In this document: positions 51,675-63,358 of the stretch, piece after piece
Position numbering within the stretch: the first letter of the stretch is position 1
How the letters are laid out: every line of letters begins with the position of its first letter
Origin: Raja brachyura
Taxonomy: Eukaryota
Length of the DNA: 64,000 nucleotides
NCBI GenBank assembly: GCA_963514005.1
Contig: OY740808.1
Location: 18,228,001 to 18,292,000, forward strand
Reading direction: 5' to 3'
Translations under genes and position numbers: made by a program
Notes under the pieces: model-generated
What the model was told of the DNA's origin: nothing
The model's input: only the letters and a program-made list of their open reading frames with translations
Databases searched by the model: none

Positions 51675-52258
51675 GCAGTTAACCTTTCAGGTCGAGATTC
51701 ATATTTACCATTGGCATAGAGTTCAACAAAGTTGAACGTATCTCCAGCTAAATGTCATACCAAAAAAATTAGTGATGACATATTTACCTTTCATGGTGGA
51801 TTATTTAAAATTTATTTCTGATAAAAATCATTGTTATTCTTCATGTTTTGGATACATTGGAATCGCTGTGGACATTTTACGGCAGTCTGATCAGTGTTTG
51901 ATCAGGTTAAGTTTTCTCTCCCTTTCCTGTTGAAGGTACTGGCAAGCTTTCACCATTAGGGACTATAGACGTCCATGATTTTGCTGCGATAATGTACAAG
52001 CTGACAAAATATATAGTGTCTCAAATTGAGTACAGTAGATGTTTGCAGTAAATTGTGCTGAAGAATGGAACCTGGTCTGATGCGATCGGTTGAACGAGTT
52101 GCTGCCGCGTTGAAGGATAGTTTCGGAAAAATTCCACATGTTGGAAAAATGGGAAAGCACTGATTTGAATTAGGAGCTGGTATTCACTGCATTAATCTTG
52201 TCTGAATAAAATGTGGCTCACTGAAGCTTTGATATTAAAAACAAGCTTTTAGTAATTG

Positions 52259-52351
52259 TCTGAAGAAGGGTCTCGACCAGAAACATCGCCCATTCCTTCT
52301 CTCCAGAGATGCTGCCTGGCCCCCTGAGTTACTCTAGCATTTTGTGTCTAT
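52259..52351 (+). mobile_element. 93-bp Penelope-like unit starting at the hammerhead; 12-bp TSD
   Basis: TTTTAGTAATTG at 52247-52258 and 52352-52363. Confidence 0.9.
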
Positions 52352-52419
52352 TTTTAGTAATTGCTGTTTGCTGGTTTGGCTTGTGGCTGCTCTTTCTGAA
52401 TTGTTTGAGTGCATGTCAG

Positions 52420-52655
52420 TTTTGTGTCTCCTAGCCCTCAGCTAACAATGGCCCGTTTCCTTTATCATCGTCACTTTTTTGTATACCTTTCATTCATTTG
52501 TTCTATATCTCTCAATATCACCGTCTATATCTCTCGTTTCCCTTTGCCTTGACACTCAGTCTGAAAAAGGGCCTTGACCCGAAACGTCACCTATTCTTTC
52601 TCTCCAGAGATGCTGTCTTGACTGGCTGAGTTACGCCCACATTTTTTGGCTATTG
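52420..52655 (+). mobile_element. Penelope-like 3' region with leader and mutated hammerhead
   Basis: Pyrimidine-rich leader, then CAGTCTGAAAAAGGGCCTTGACCCGAAACGTCACC. Confidence 0.8.
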
Positions 52656-53429
52656 TTTTTTTTTTTAAAATTTGGAATCCCTTTCTTTTGTTAAAAGTAA
52701 AGTAACATTTAACCTTGTATTAACTGAGTTGTGCCATCTGACTCATAACATTGATGTTGTCAAAAACTGGGGGAGGGAAGTGGATGTCAGTGCTTCAGCT
52801 CAACACTGCTACCAAGGACTAACAACAACTCTCGTAGAAATCTTGTAGAAGAAGCTGTTCGTGCTTCAAGACAAATTGCCAATAATAGGCCTACAAATTG
52901 TTGGATTGGAAAGGCATTTCTGATATATAGTACTAATTTTCTTATATCATTGTAGTAAGAACATTTCTGTAAATCTGATATTCATGATTACTATTTATGA
53001 TAACATAAATTGTAAACTTGGCGGTATGAATTCTAGTTTTTTAGGCAATGGCTTTAAATCTCTGATATAAAGCAAAATCAGTTGGGAAGAATCTAAATAT
53101 ATATATTTTCTGGACATATGCTTGCCTGCGTATAGCAACTAGTGTGTACTGACCAATATTTTAGAATTTCAATACGCCGTCCTTAATCTGCAGTGTTTCA
53201 CAAGGACGTTGTACAGTTTGAAAGCAGGCACGAGTGAAGGTTGGTGATCATGTTGTTCTGGGTGCCGGCTTATGGTGCCAGTTCACAGGGTCACATTTAA
53301 CAAATACATGGGAAATGTTACTCCATGTTAATTCAGATTTACTTTTCACAGAGCATTGGTCGTATGAAGAAGGGACTATTTTAACGATGGAAATTTTGTG
53401 AGCCCCGGTATCATCAGCTGTAAGGGACC

Positions 53430-54180
53430 CCATAACTCATCCTTGCAGCCTCTCAGAAGTGGGAGGGGGGGGGGGGGGGCTGAGCGATCACTGATGCCTT
53501 GGGGATAGCTGGTGAGGGAGTGGAGCGACCGGGTGGGGGGAGGGTGACACAATTATTATTTGTTGTTGTTGCTCGACCTCCAAAAACTGGGGGATAATAC
53601 AGGCCATCCCCCAACTCAAAACGTGGGTGGATATATCCTCCACCCCCCCCCCCCCCCTCCCTCCCTTTCGGGGCCCACTCTTCCTCTCTCTCTCTCAGCC
53701 CACGGGCCCATCCTCCCTCCCTCCCACTCGGTGGTTAATCACCACTTCGTTCACTGCCCCATATCTCGACTGTGAACCGCACTGTGATTGCCCATTGAGC
53801 GGAGAGGAGGGAGGGTTTTTTTTGGGGGGGGGGGTGGGGGGCAGTCGGTTTCCATCACGGCTGGTCATGGTTTTACCCAAAGATCATAGAGTGGAACTCC
53901 ACTCTATAATCTTTGGTTTTGCCGCGCTCACTGTGCGCTTGTTCTGAGATTCTGGATGTCGGAGGTCCTCAGAAGAAGAGAAAAATATGCCTGCGGGCCG
54001 GATAATGGCGGATTATGAAGCAAAAAAGTGGAGGGGCTGTAGACCCCCCCCCCCCCAGCCCCCCCCTGGTTCTGCGGCCCCTGGTGTGGGGGGTGGTTAG
54101 TGTGTGTGACACCGTAGGCCACCCTCCCCCCGCAACCGTGCGTTGAGGGTACAGGACCCAATGGGTCCCACTTGGTCTAG
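53430..54180 (+). mobile_element. Candidate non-autonomous Helitron-like element (5' end uncertain)
   Basis: GC-rich, homopolymer-rich block ending in hairpin GGACCC-AAT-GGGTCC, a short spacer and CTAG|T. Confidence 0.55.
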
Positions 54181-54270
54181 TAGGGAATAAAACACGCTCT
54201 CATGGAAGATAGACACAAAATGCTGGAGTAACTCAGCGGGACAGGCAGCATCTCTGGCGAGAAGGAATGT

Positions 54271-54302
54271 GTGACGTTTCGGGTCGAGACCCTTCTTCAG
54301 AC
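54271..54302 (-). ncRNA. Minimal type-I hammerhead ribozyme motif, within antisense unit 54208-54330
   Basis: Reverse complement GTCTGAAGAAGGGTCTCGACCCGAAACGTCAC, identical to 51575-51606; unit flanked by TCTCATGGAA at 54198-54207 and 54348-54357. Confidence 0.75.
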
Positions 54303-55314
54303 TTTTGAGCCGAGACCCTTCTTCAGACTTTCTTCACGTTTGTTCATTCTCATGGAATTTATGTTGATAAAGAAGAAAAGAAATGAATACTAAATGTATT
54401 TCTTTTCACGTTCCTTGACTCTTGCGCAGACGATGTGGCTTTAAGTTATGGAGAGTCGCGCCAAGGACGGCTTTGCAGGAATGCAACCCCTGCCCCATAA
54501 TGCTGGATCGCCTGAATGTGCATTGCATGTGTTGAGAAATGAGGGTAACTCCTGCAGCTCCACCCTTCAGAAACATGGAGGTCTTGACCTAGTTATCGCA
54601 ATGTTTGCCTGTGATTCTAGTCTGATTTAAGATTTAAAGGAAAATGAATGCAGATGTCCTTTTTGTGTGTTTCTGCTTATTCAGCTCCTGAAATAATCTA
54701 ATCTTATGAAGTTCAGCAGTATATGTTGCTGATGCGAGGGATGATGTACTGAAAATATCATTCCCAGCTTCTGCAACCATTTGCAAGATTTAGTTTACTT
54801 TTGCACAGACAAGTAAATGAGTGACATTGATTGCTTCTCCCCCCAGCACCTCCCTTCACACTCTCTCCAAGTTATGACAAAGACATTACAGAGACATGTT
54901 TAATGTGTTGCTCCTTAATGCTGTGTGATTTCTCCAGCCCTCCACATTTAATGGATTGCTTTGTGCATGTTTTGCTGTGATCTGGGTTTAGGTATCAGTA
55001 GTTTGGACAACAGTAGCTGCTACAAAGAACAGCTTATTGACGTGGGACATCCACAGGGCATAGTACTGACGGACAAATGCAAACTTGCTTATTGTTTGGG
55101 ATTCCAAATCCAGCCCCTGTCAATGAGAAATTGATTCTGTGGCGTATCGCCGGAGGTCGGTTCTTAGATGCAGGGCCGACAGCACTGGGGTGGTGAACAA
55201 TATAAAACGCTCTCTGGCTCCCGTCTTTGGATCAGTCGGGGCTCTTTGCGAGCGGAGAATGTGAGAGTGAGTTTCTGCACAACTCGAAAACCTTGCTGCA
55301 CCACCGAGTGTTGG

Positions 55315-55670
55315 TTTGGTTTAGTGTAGTTCATTGCCACTTGATCCAAGGTACATTGAAATGCGTTTGTTGCGTGCTATCCAGTCAGCGGAAAGACAAC
55401 ACATGATTACAATCGAGCCATTTACAGTGTGTGGTTACATGATAAGGGAATAACGTGCAAGGTAAAGCCTGCAAAACCCGATCAAGGAAAGTCCGACGGT
55501 CACCAAAGAGGTAGATAGTAGTTCAGCACTGCTCTCTGGTTGTGCTAGGATAATGCATTTCGTTGTCTCTGTACTGTACACTGACAATGACAATTAAAAT
55601 TGAATCTGAATCTGATTCAGTTGCCTGATAACAGCTGGGAAGAAACTGTCCCTGAATCTGGAGGTGTGAT
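55315..55670 (-). mobile_element. LINE 3' end (Rex1/L2-like) with a second short LINE tail inserted at ~55552-55613
   Basis: Reverse strand GTCTTTCCGCTGACTGGATAGCACGCAACAAA tail; inserted + strand tail ends in (TGAATC)n. Confidence 0.6.
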
Positions 55671-55698
55671 GTCAATATCAACCCAGTGAACAACTTCC

Positions 55699-55953
55699 GT
55701 CTGAAGAAGGGTCTCGACCAGAAACGTCACCTATTCTTTTCAGGCAAGGTAAAATAACAAGGTGTTCCTCAGCCTTTCTTGAATTACTCGTGTGTCTGAC
55801 TTAGGATGGGTTTGGGCAGGTCTTCGACCCATTTACAATCTGCTTTGAATCATTTTCAGTCCAAAGAAGGGTCTTGACCCAGAAACGTCACCTATTCCTT
55901 TTCTCCAGAGATGCTGTCTGACCCGCTGAGTTACTCCAGCTCTTTGTGTCTAT
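55699..55953 (+). mobile_element. Two sense Penelope-like hammerhead units (55699-55740; 55857-55953) flanking a non-family 109-bp segment
   Basis: GTCTGAAGAAGGGTCTCGACCAGAAACGTCACC and AAGAAGGGTCTTGACCCAGAAACGTCACC. Confidence 0.8.
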
Positions 55954-56378
55954 TCTGAGCGTCCATTGTTGGGAGATTCACCTCGCCTCCCTGAGTTAGT
56001 GCGGCAATATCAATAATTGAATCAACTACATTCATTTTTCTCTTTCTTTTATCCCTTTCCAATTCTGTTTTCCTTTTTCAGGGCAGTTTTTTTTTTACTG
56101 CAGTTTGTGGAACACATTGGTTTAAGTTAGCTGATAGAGCCAAGAAAATGAATTGACCACAAACAAAGCAATACTTGTGGTAGGAGCTCGGTGAAACAAA
56201 CAGAACTCGGGTAGAAAGTTCAGGATGATCTTCAATTTAAGCTACAGGATTGAATAAATACCATAAAATGAGCAAAAGTGTTTGGCAAGTCTGAAGTTGT
56301 TTGCATCAGTTAAATAATAGCTAACCAGTGACATTGCGTCAGTATTAAATATATATGGTCATTAACTCCACGTAATTC

Positions 56379-57013
56379 ATAGCAAAAGGATTTGATTTGA
56401 GTATAGGAGCAGGGAGGTTCTACTTCAGTTGTATAGGGTCTTGGTGAGGCCACACCTGGAGTATTGCGTACAGTTCTGGTCTCCAAATCTGAGGAAGGAC
56501 ATTATTGCCATAGAGGGAGTGCAGCAAAGGTTCACCAGACTGATTCCTGGGATGTCAGGACTGTCTTATGAACAAAGACTGCATAGACTCGGTTTATACT
56601 CTCTAGAATTTAGGAGATTGAGAGGGGATCTTATAGAAACTTACAAGATTCTTAAGGGGTTGGACAGGCTAGATGCAGGAAGATTGTTCCCGATGTTGGG
56701 GAGGTCCAGGACAAGGGGTCACAGCTTAAGGATAAGGGGGAAATCCTTTAGGACCGAGATGAGAAGGAATTTTTTCACACAGAGAGTGGTGGGTCTCTGG
56801 AACTCTCTGCCACAGAGGGTAGTTGAGGCCAGTTCATTGGATATATTTAAGAGGGAGTTAGATGTGGCCCTTGTGGCTAAGGGGATCAGAGGGTATGGAG
56901 AGAAGGCAGGTACAGGATACTGAGTTGGATGATCAGCCATGATCAAATTGAATGGCGGTGCAGGCTCGAAGGGCCGAATGGCCTATTCCTGCACCTAATT
57001 TCTATATTTCTAT
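56379..57013 (+). mobile_element. Young 5'-truncated CR1 LINE
   Basis: Uninterrupted ORF 56429-56923 (LVRPHLEYCVQFWSP...RGDLIETYKI...RVVGLWNSLP); (TTTCTAT)n tail; 7-bp TSD GTAATTC at 56372-56378 and 57014-57020. Confidence 0.95.
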
Positions 57014-57309
57014 GTAATTCTTATTAGCTACAGATACATCCACAGGTCTGCAAAAAAGAACAATAATGGTATTACTAAATGAGAAAATAGTATTTTTCAC
57101 CATCACAGTGTGATGGAGCATAACACCATGCTGCCTTGACGCTGCCTGCAAAGGTTTGAACCTTTCTATTAGTTTTGTTGCTTATAAAGTATTCCATCAT
57201 ATTTCCACACACTAGGCACTGGATCACAGATCGAGACCAGGAGATGCGTCCCAGGCATCTCTGCCCAAACGGAGCTACCTTATCGGTCTGGAATATCGCA
57301 CAATTCATA

Positions 57310-57480
57310 AGGAGATTTAAGGCGGAGATGGACAGATTTTTGATTAAAATGCGCGACAGGGGTTAGGGATAGAAGGCAGGAGAATGGGATTGAGAGGGAG
57401 GGTTAGATCTGCCATGATTGAATGTTGGAGTAGACTTGATGGGCCGAATGGCCTTATTCTGCTCCTAGAACTTGTGAACT
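57310..57480 (+). mobile_element. CR1-type LINE 3' tail
   Basis: GATCTGCCATGATTGAATG...GGGCCGAATGGCCTTATTCTGCTCCTA. Confidence 0.8.
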
Positions 57481-58529
57481 TATGAAGATGCATCCTGAAC
57501 TGTAGATTGCACAATAGTGAAGAAAAGAGAGAATATGGTGAAAGACCATGAATTTTACTTTTAGGTAATATCATCTCTGTCAGAGTCGAGCTGTAAAAAG
57601 TTGCCCTTCACAGGACGTGGCCAGAGTATTGTCTTTCCACTGACCTTACCGTCAGGTACTCATTTTAACGTCTCACCGTGGAAACGTTGCTGAAGATGTA
57701 TTGGTGCAGTGTTCAAACTGTGTCTGTCAGCAGCAGCAGCACATTGAGTGGGAGGGCAGGTACAGGTCTTCCACAGGTTACCAACACCCCATCTATGGAC
57801 GGGAGCTGGGCAGGATGGATCTGCCGTCTACTGCAGGCATTTTCTGCCGGCTGGGAACTACATTCGTGGTAATATCACAAATATTTGAGTTTAACGGCCG
57901 GGTTTAACTAACCTTTGCCCTTGGTTGGCTTATATCCTTTATTTGAACATATTGCCGGGGGCTGCCTTTCTGACCTGCGAACAGTTCGGGTTATGAACAG
58001 CTCTCAGGAATGGAATGAAACCCGGGCACATTCTGTAGCTGCTGGTCGTTGGGCCCTGTGCTTTATTTATCTTAGTGCCCTGGTCAAGACCCTGTGCTGG
58101 TCCCGTCCCTAATTTGACCCAACCTAGTCTTTTTTAATTCCAATAAAAGATCTGTGTAACCAGCTTTATTTTTTGGGGGAAGATCTAAATCAGTGGCATG
58201 ATCGTGGTGTCAAGGTGCCAGATCATGCAGGAAATGATGGTACTTGGTCATGATCTCAAGGAATGCCGTCCACAGACCATCCAACGATCTATGTGATGTG
58301 GCCACACAATGCTGGAGTAACTCAGCGGGACAGGCAGCATCTCTGGAGAGATCTAAGTGATGCGATTTGCACCAGCTTTGAAACTGCCATCATGAAGACT
58401 GGTCAAAGTCCTCAAGTCAAAGAGGTGGTGAGGCACCTGCAGTAGCAGCATCACTGATGTGGCTCGGCAGGCTCCTGTAGTACTCCTGACCCCAACATAG
58501 CACCTCGACTAGTGAAAGCTTTTTGTATT

Positions 58530-58900
58530 AAGCATTGGTTTGACCACACTTGGGAGGAATGTGTGCAGCTTAGGGCAACTCATTACGGAGAGAAGATTAA
58601 ATCTAGAAGGTATAAACAGTACAGATTAAGCAGAATGACTCCAGGGATGGGGAGCTGGAGCGAATAAAAGACTTAAGATTCTACATCCACTTGAGCTAAC
58701 AGTACTAAAATGAGATTTAATGGATAGTATAATGATTCTGAAGGATTTAGATAGAGGTTGAGATACTATTTCCTCTGCGCAGCAAATGACAAATGGTCAT
58801 CTTTTAAAGTTCCCAGCAAGAGAATGTGGATTGAGGTTCAAAGAAATGTTAGAATTCATAAATCTGTTTAATTTACCAGTCAGAAGAATTGTTGAAGGGA
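58530..58900 (+). mobile_element. Old degenerate CR1 ORF2 fragment
   Basis: GCATTGGTTTGACCACACTTGG...GTGTGCAGC...GAAGGATTTAGATAG is colinear with 56430-56800. Confidence 0.5.
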
Positions 58901-59182
58901 AAAGAGAGCCTTGATATATTTGGATCGTAATAAATCCGTCTACTCATTTGATTGTGACGCAAAGGCTGTTTATTCCGTTGAGTTTCTGCTCACTCTCACG
59001 CCATTCCCGTTTCCCCACAATATCACCCATCACAGGTTCATCAACCTCCCCTGATTATCCTGCCACCTCTCTACACTGGGATCCAGTGAACCTCCCAGCA
59101 CCTCTCTGGGATGCAGGAGGTAACTACACAGCCCGGGCATATTTTCCATGTGCACACCCCACTGACAGTACCCGAGGATTGT

Positions 59183-59467
59183 GTTTAGAGATGCAGCGTG
59201 TAAACAGGCCCTTTGGCCCACCGAGTCCGACCAATGATCACCCCCACACGCTAGTTCTAACCGACACACTAGGGTCAATTTACAGAAGCCAGTTAACCCA
59301 CAGACCTGCACGACTTTGGGGTGTGGGAGGAAACGGGAGCACCCGGAGAAAACCCACGCGGTCACAGGGAGAACGTACAAATTCTGCATAGACAGCACTC
59401 GTGGTCAGGTTTGAGCCTGGGCCTCTGGCGCTGTGAGACAGCAACTCTACCGCTGAGCCACTGTTCC
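59183..59467 (-). mobile_element. HE1-type V-SINE, adjacent to an older SINE remnant at 59040-59180
   Basis: GTTTAGAGATGCAGCG...AAACCCACGCGGTCACAGGGAGAACGTAC...CAACTCTACCGCTGAGCCAC. Confidence 0.88.
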
Positions 59468-61098
59468 CCTGTCTAACATTTTTTTTCCTGCGAAGGCAGT
59501 CCCCCACATCAACAGATTGTGCAGCTGAGTTTCCCGCATTTGGGGACATCGCAGGTGTCAGCACACACAAAGTGCAATGGGATAGCCGCGTCTCGGGAGA
59601 TCGGCCATCGTGACCACCGGTTCTCCCCTGCCAGGTCAGGATCAAACCTGGACTGCTGGAGCCGTGCAGATGCTGCGTTATTTGCTGCACTACTGTACAA
59701 ACCGTGCAGCTTGCAAACTGCAATACAAGAGTTTGCATTCCTCAGATAACAACAGAAAATCGAGTGGGATCTGGGCTCCAGATACATACATTAGATTCTC
59801 CAGTATTTTTGCATTTCTTGATTATTCATCATGTAGCTAAATCCAACACGACCCAACACAGACAGCCGTGTTTCCTGAAACCCAACTCCATATGACCTCT
59901 GGCAGGCGTGCCTCAAGTCTCTGCTATCGGAGTATATGTGAATACCTCTTGGAAATCTAAATAACCATCCACTTGGAAGCAATGGAGAGAGTCACTAACG
60001 TTACTAATCTTGCCTACCATCTCACCAAAAACATTTATACATTAATCTCAAATGATCTAGCTGAGTTACTGGTGGTTTTGAATCCTCCCACATTTGAACA
60101 TTTTCAGCGTTCTCGTTTTGTTTTGTCCCTGCCACTTGCTTCTCGTGGGTGTGATGGAGGAAGCTGGAGTCCACGCCTGCGCTGTTGTTCCCGGCACCCA
60201 TTTTGGGCTTGAGTTCTTCCTGCAAGGGCTCTTCCCTGCTCAAAGTTTTCTTTCCGCTTTGCATCATGTTCTTTTCCCACCACAAATGAGCAAGAGCGAA
60301 CACTTTGCCTGAATTTGGAAGGGGGACTCCAATCATTTAGCAGAGTGCCCAATGTCTATATTGTAGCTGGTGGCCCCGAATTGAGTTGGCCTTTATCACT
60401 GTTCTGCGTGTGTTCAAATAAAAGTCTTCACAGAGGCCAGGGCTTTTTCAGGTGGCAGCTCTACATATTTGATTCCCATTGCAGAGAAGCTGTTTGTTCA
60501 CAGAGTACAGGGTGCCCTTGCCTCCCCCCTCTGCCTGCACCACGGCATTCCCAGTGGCACTCCTCAACTTCCATACATGGACACGATGGAAAATGCCGTG
60601 CTGGTTTTTGTGGAATCGCCTTTGTAAGACATATTACAGGGAAAATGGTGAATGAAGCTTGTGTCAGTCTGGTTTCAATAATACTTGACAGAATTACATA
60701 ACATTACATGATAAATAACAAGGTGCTGCTCAGATTTTCTTCAATTACACACGTCTCTGACGTAGGATGAGTTTGCACAGCCCTTCGACCCATTTGCAAT
60801 TTGCTTTGAACCACTTTCAGTAACTTTGGATGCACTTTTTGGACAGTTTTATCTGAACAAAGCTCAAAATATATTTTATATTCCAGGAACCAATGCGCTG
60901 TGTTCAGTAGTGGATCAGTCATGAGTGGCACTATACACAAGTTGTGTCACTTTTGTTTATTTGAAAGAAGTGATACTGTCAGCAGAAGCAGAATTGTACA
61001 GTGTGACAGTGTGTGGTCCTGGAGTCAAGCCTTGCTTTGGTTAGGCTGCATTTGTGTGCAGTTCTGGTCACCCCATTCCAGGAAGGATGTCTAGCTAA

Positions 61099-61310
61099 AG
61101 GGCCTGTCCCACTTTCACCACCTAATTCACGACCTTTTTTACTCGTGGACATTTTGCATCAGGCTAGAAAAACGCCCCGACCTATTTGATGCCACGAGTG
61201 CCTACGACTAGCATCACGACCTAATTACGACCTACCTACGACTTCCTACGACTTTGTGACGACCATGCTGCGAGTATGAGTTAAGGGCAAACTCAGCAGA
61301 GGTCGTGAAA
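61099..61310. mobile_element. Internally deleted PIF/Harbinger-type MITE
   Basis: TAA|AGGGCCTGTCCCACTT TIR; 61261-61310 is the reverse complement of the left subterminal region of 62306-62811. Confidence 0.75.
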
Positions 61311-62084
61311 ATGAGTTACTTGAGTTACTCCAGCATTTTGTGTCTATCTTCGGAGGCTACTAAGTTAACAGCTAATTAATATCCTTAACATCCACTTTCC
61401 AAGCGTCTAATGAAGAACATTAACTGGGGCTGAGAGTGACCTGTGGCACTGCAGGAAATTCCACTGCTGTTGTGTGAAGCAATTTGTGGTTAGGGTTGGG
61501 GGCGCAAATGGCGGCGTACTGGTGAGAATTCAGTGTGAGTGTCCAGGGGGACAGGGACGGGCAGAGTTTGGGTCAAATCGTAGGCTGTTTATAAAGTGGT
61601 GCTGTGGCACGGTTTTAAAGTGTTTGAAGGAAGACAAGATTGTCGTAGGCAAGATGTTGTTCAGTCGTGAGCAGCCGAAAAAGAAATAATTGTAATAAAA
61701 AGGAACTGCAGATGCTGGTTGATACCAAAGATAGACACGCAAATATAATTGAACCTGGAAAGAATTGAACCCGGAGACTCTGAATGGAATCTTAATTCTG
61801 AGGTGCTGGGTGGAGGAAGAGTGGGGAGAGGAGGGAGCACTGATCACCATGGCGTGGAGCAAATGATGGAGCAGTTTCATGGGCAGACTTTCCATCCAGT
61901 ATCACCTACTCCGCTCGCTGTATTTGCAAAAGCCAAACCAACACACTCAATGGAATCCACCACCGAGTGAGGTGGTACATAAGCCTTGTTACAGACTCAA
62001 TGGACCAGGATTTGAGGTCCTTGTTCTTAATTATACTGCAGCAACAGCAAGTTTCTTGTTGTGTCAAGAATTATGATGCCATAG

Positions 62085-62265
62085 TTATCTGTTATTTGCA
62101 CTTTATCAGTTTATTTATTCATGTGTGTATGTATTTATATAATGATATATGGACACACTGATCTGTTTTGTAGTAAATGCCTACTATGTTCTGTGTGCTG
62201 AAGCAAAGCAAGAATTTAATTGTCCTATCAGGGACACATGACAATAAACTCACTTGAACTTGAAC
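62085..62265 (+). mobile_element. Rex1/Babar-type LINE 3' UTR
   Basis: Matches 8408-8550 (TCTGTTATTTGCACTTTATC...CAGGGACACATGACAATAAACTC). Confidence 0.8.
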
Positions 62266-62305
62266 TAGAGACCACTGGTTTTGCTGAGCAGGTGGAACTT
62301 CCTAA

Positions 62306-62811
62306 AGCCCCTGTCCCACTTTCACGACCTCATTGGCGACCTCTGCCGAGTTTGCCCTTGACTCGTACTTGCACCATGGTCGTAGGAGGTCTTCGTAACT
62401 CTTCCTCATGCTCGTGATTGGTCTCCGCGTACTCGCGGCCTCAAGTTGGTCGCGACGTTTTTTCCATTAAAAAATGTCCACGAGTAAAAAAAAGTCGGCA
62501 AGGAAAAAATGGATACTTTTTCCTTGTAGGTAGGTCGTGATGGTGATCGTAGATAGTCGTAGGTCAATAACTGGCCCGATAAAAAAAATGCAAACATGAC
62601 ATCATTTTATCATGTGATAATTTTCCATTCTTAGCTCGTCGTAGTTGGTCTTAGGTGTGGAAGACGGGGGTCGTGGGAGGTCGTAGAGATAGTCGCAGGA
62701 GGTCATAGGAGGTCTTTTACTTCGGCGAGTCAACACGACCGTGACATTTTTTTCAACTCGTCTCGGGTCTTCTAAACTCGTGGATTAGGTTGTCCAAGTG
62801 GGACAGGCCCT
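62306..62811. mobile_element. Complete PIF/Harbinger-type MITE (506 bp)
   Basis: TIRs AGCCCCTGTCCCACTT / AAGTGGGACAGGCCCT; TAA TSD at 62303-62305 and 62812-62814; CpG-rich interior with repeated GGTCGTAG. Confidence 0.9.
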
Positions 62812-63167
62812 TAAGCCTCTGCTTTGTAATCACAAGCATTATCTGGAATTTGTTTTATTGGGAACAATGCTGGAGAAGTGGTTTTGGTGGCACCTGTTGG
62901 AATTATACTGGCGATGACAATGGTAGTTCACCTTGGTTTGTTTTTCACCTCCTTGTCACTGGTTTTAATTATCTTTAAGCTTGACACTAACGGCTGCATT
63001 AGGATCCCTGATCCACCACTCTATCGCCCAAGACCACCAGCGACCCCTGCCCCTGTCACCAACGCTCTGGCAGTAATTTGGCAGAGGGCAGGTCTCGGGA
63101 TTCCCCTTTCATGTTAGCTGCTCATCTATTCTCATCATCCGTTGACAGCACCACCCAAATTATTGAT

Positions 63168-63358
63168 ATACACAAAAAGCTGGAGTAACTCAGCTTGTCA
63201 GCCAGCATCTCTGAAGAAAAAGAATAGGTGACGTTTTGGGTTGAGATGGAATGTCACCTATTCCTTTTCTCAAGCGATGCTGTCTAACCCACTGAGTTAC
63301 TCCAGCTTTTTGTGTCTATCTTGGGTTCAAACCAGCATCTGCAGTTCCTTCCTACACA
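63168..63358. mobile_element. Fold-back Penelope-like unit
   Basis: ACACAAAAAGCTGGAGTAACTCAG...AATAGGTGAC / GTCACCTATT...CTGAGTTACTCCAGCTTTTTGTGT. Confidence 0.85.

Noticed and set aside
60022-60336. Hydrophilic 104-aa minus-strand ORF with a GTGAGA donor at its end
   Set aside because: No acceptor, promoter features or recognisable homology; an ORF this long is plausible by chance in 64 kb.
21600-63358. Recurrent palindromic repeat as a CRISPR array or microRNA cluster
   Set aside because: Copies are dispersed, variable in length, have TSDs and no regular spacers, in a eukaryotic context; explained as Penelope-like insertions.
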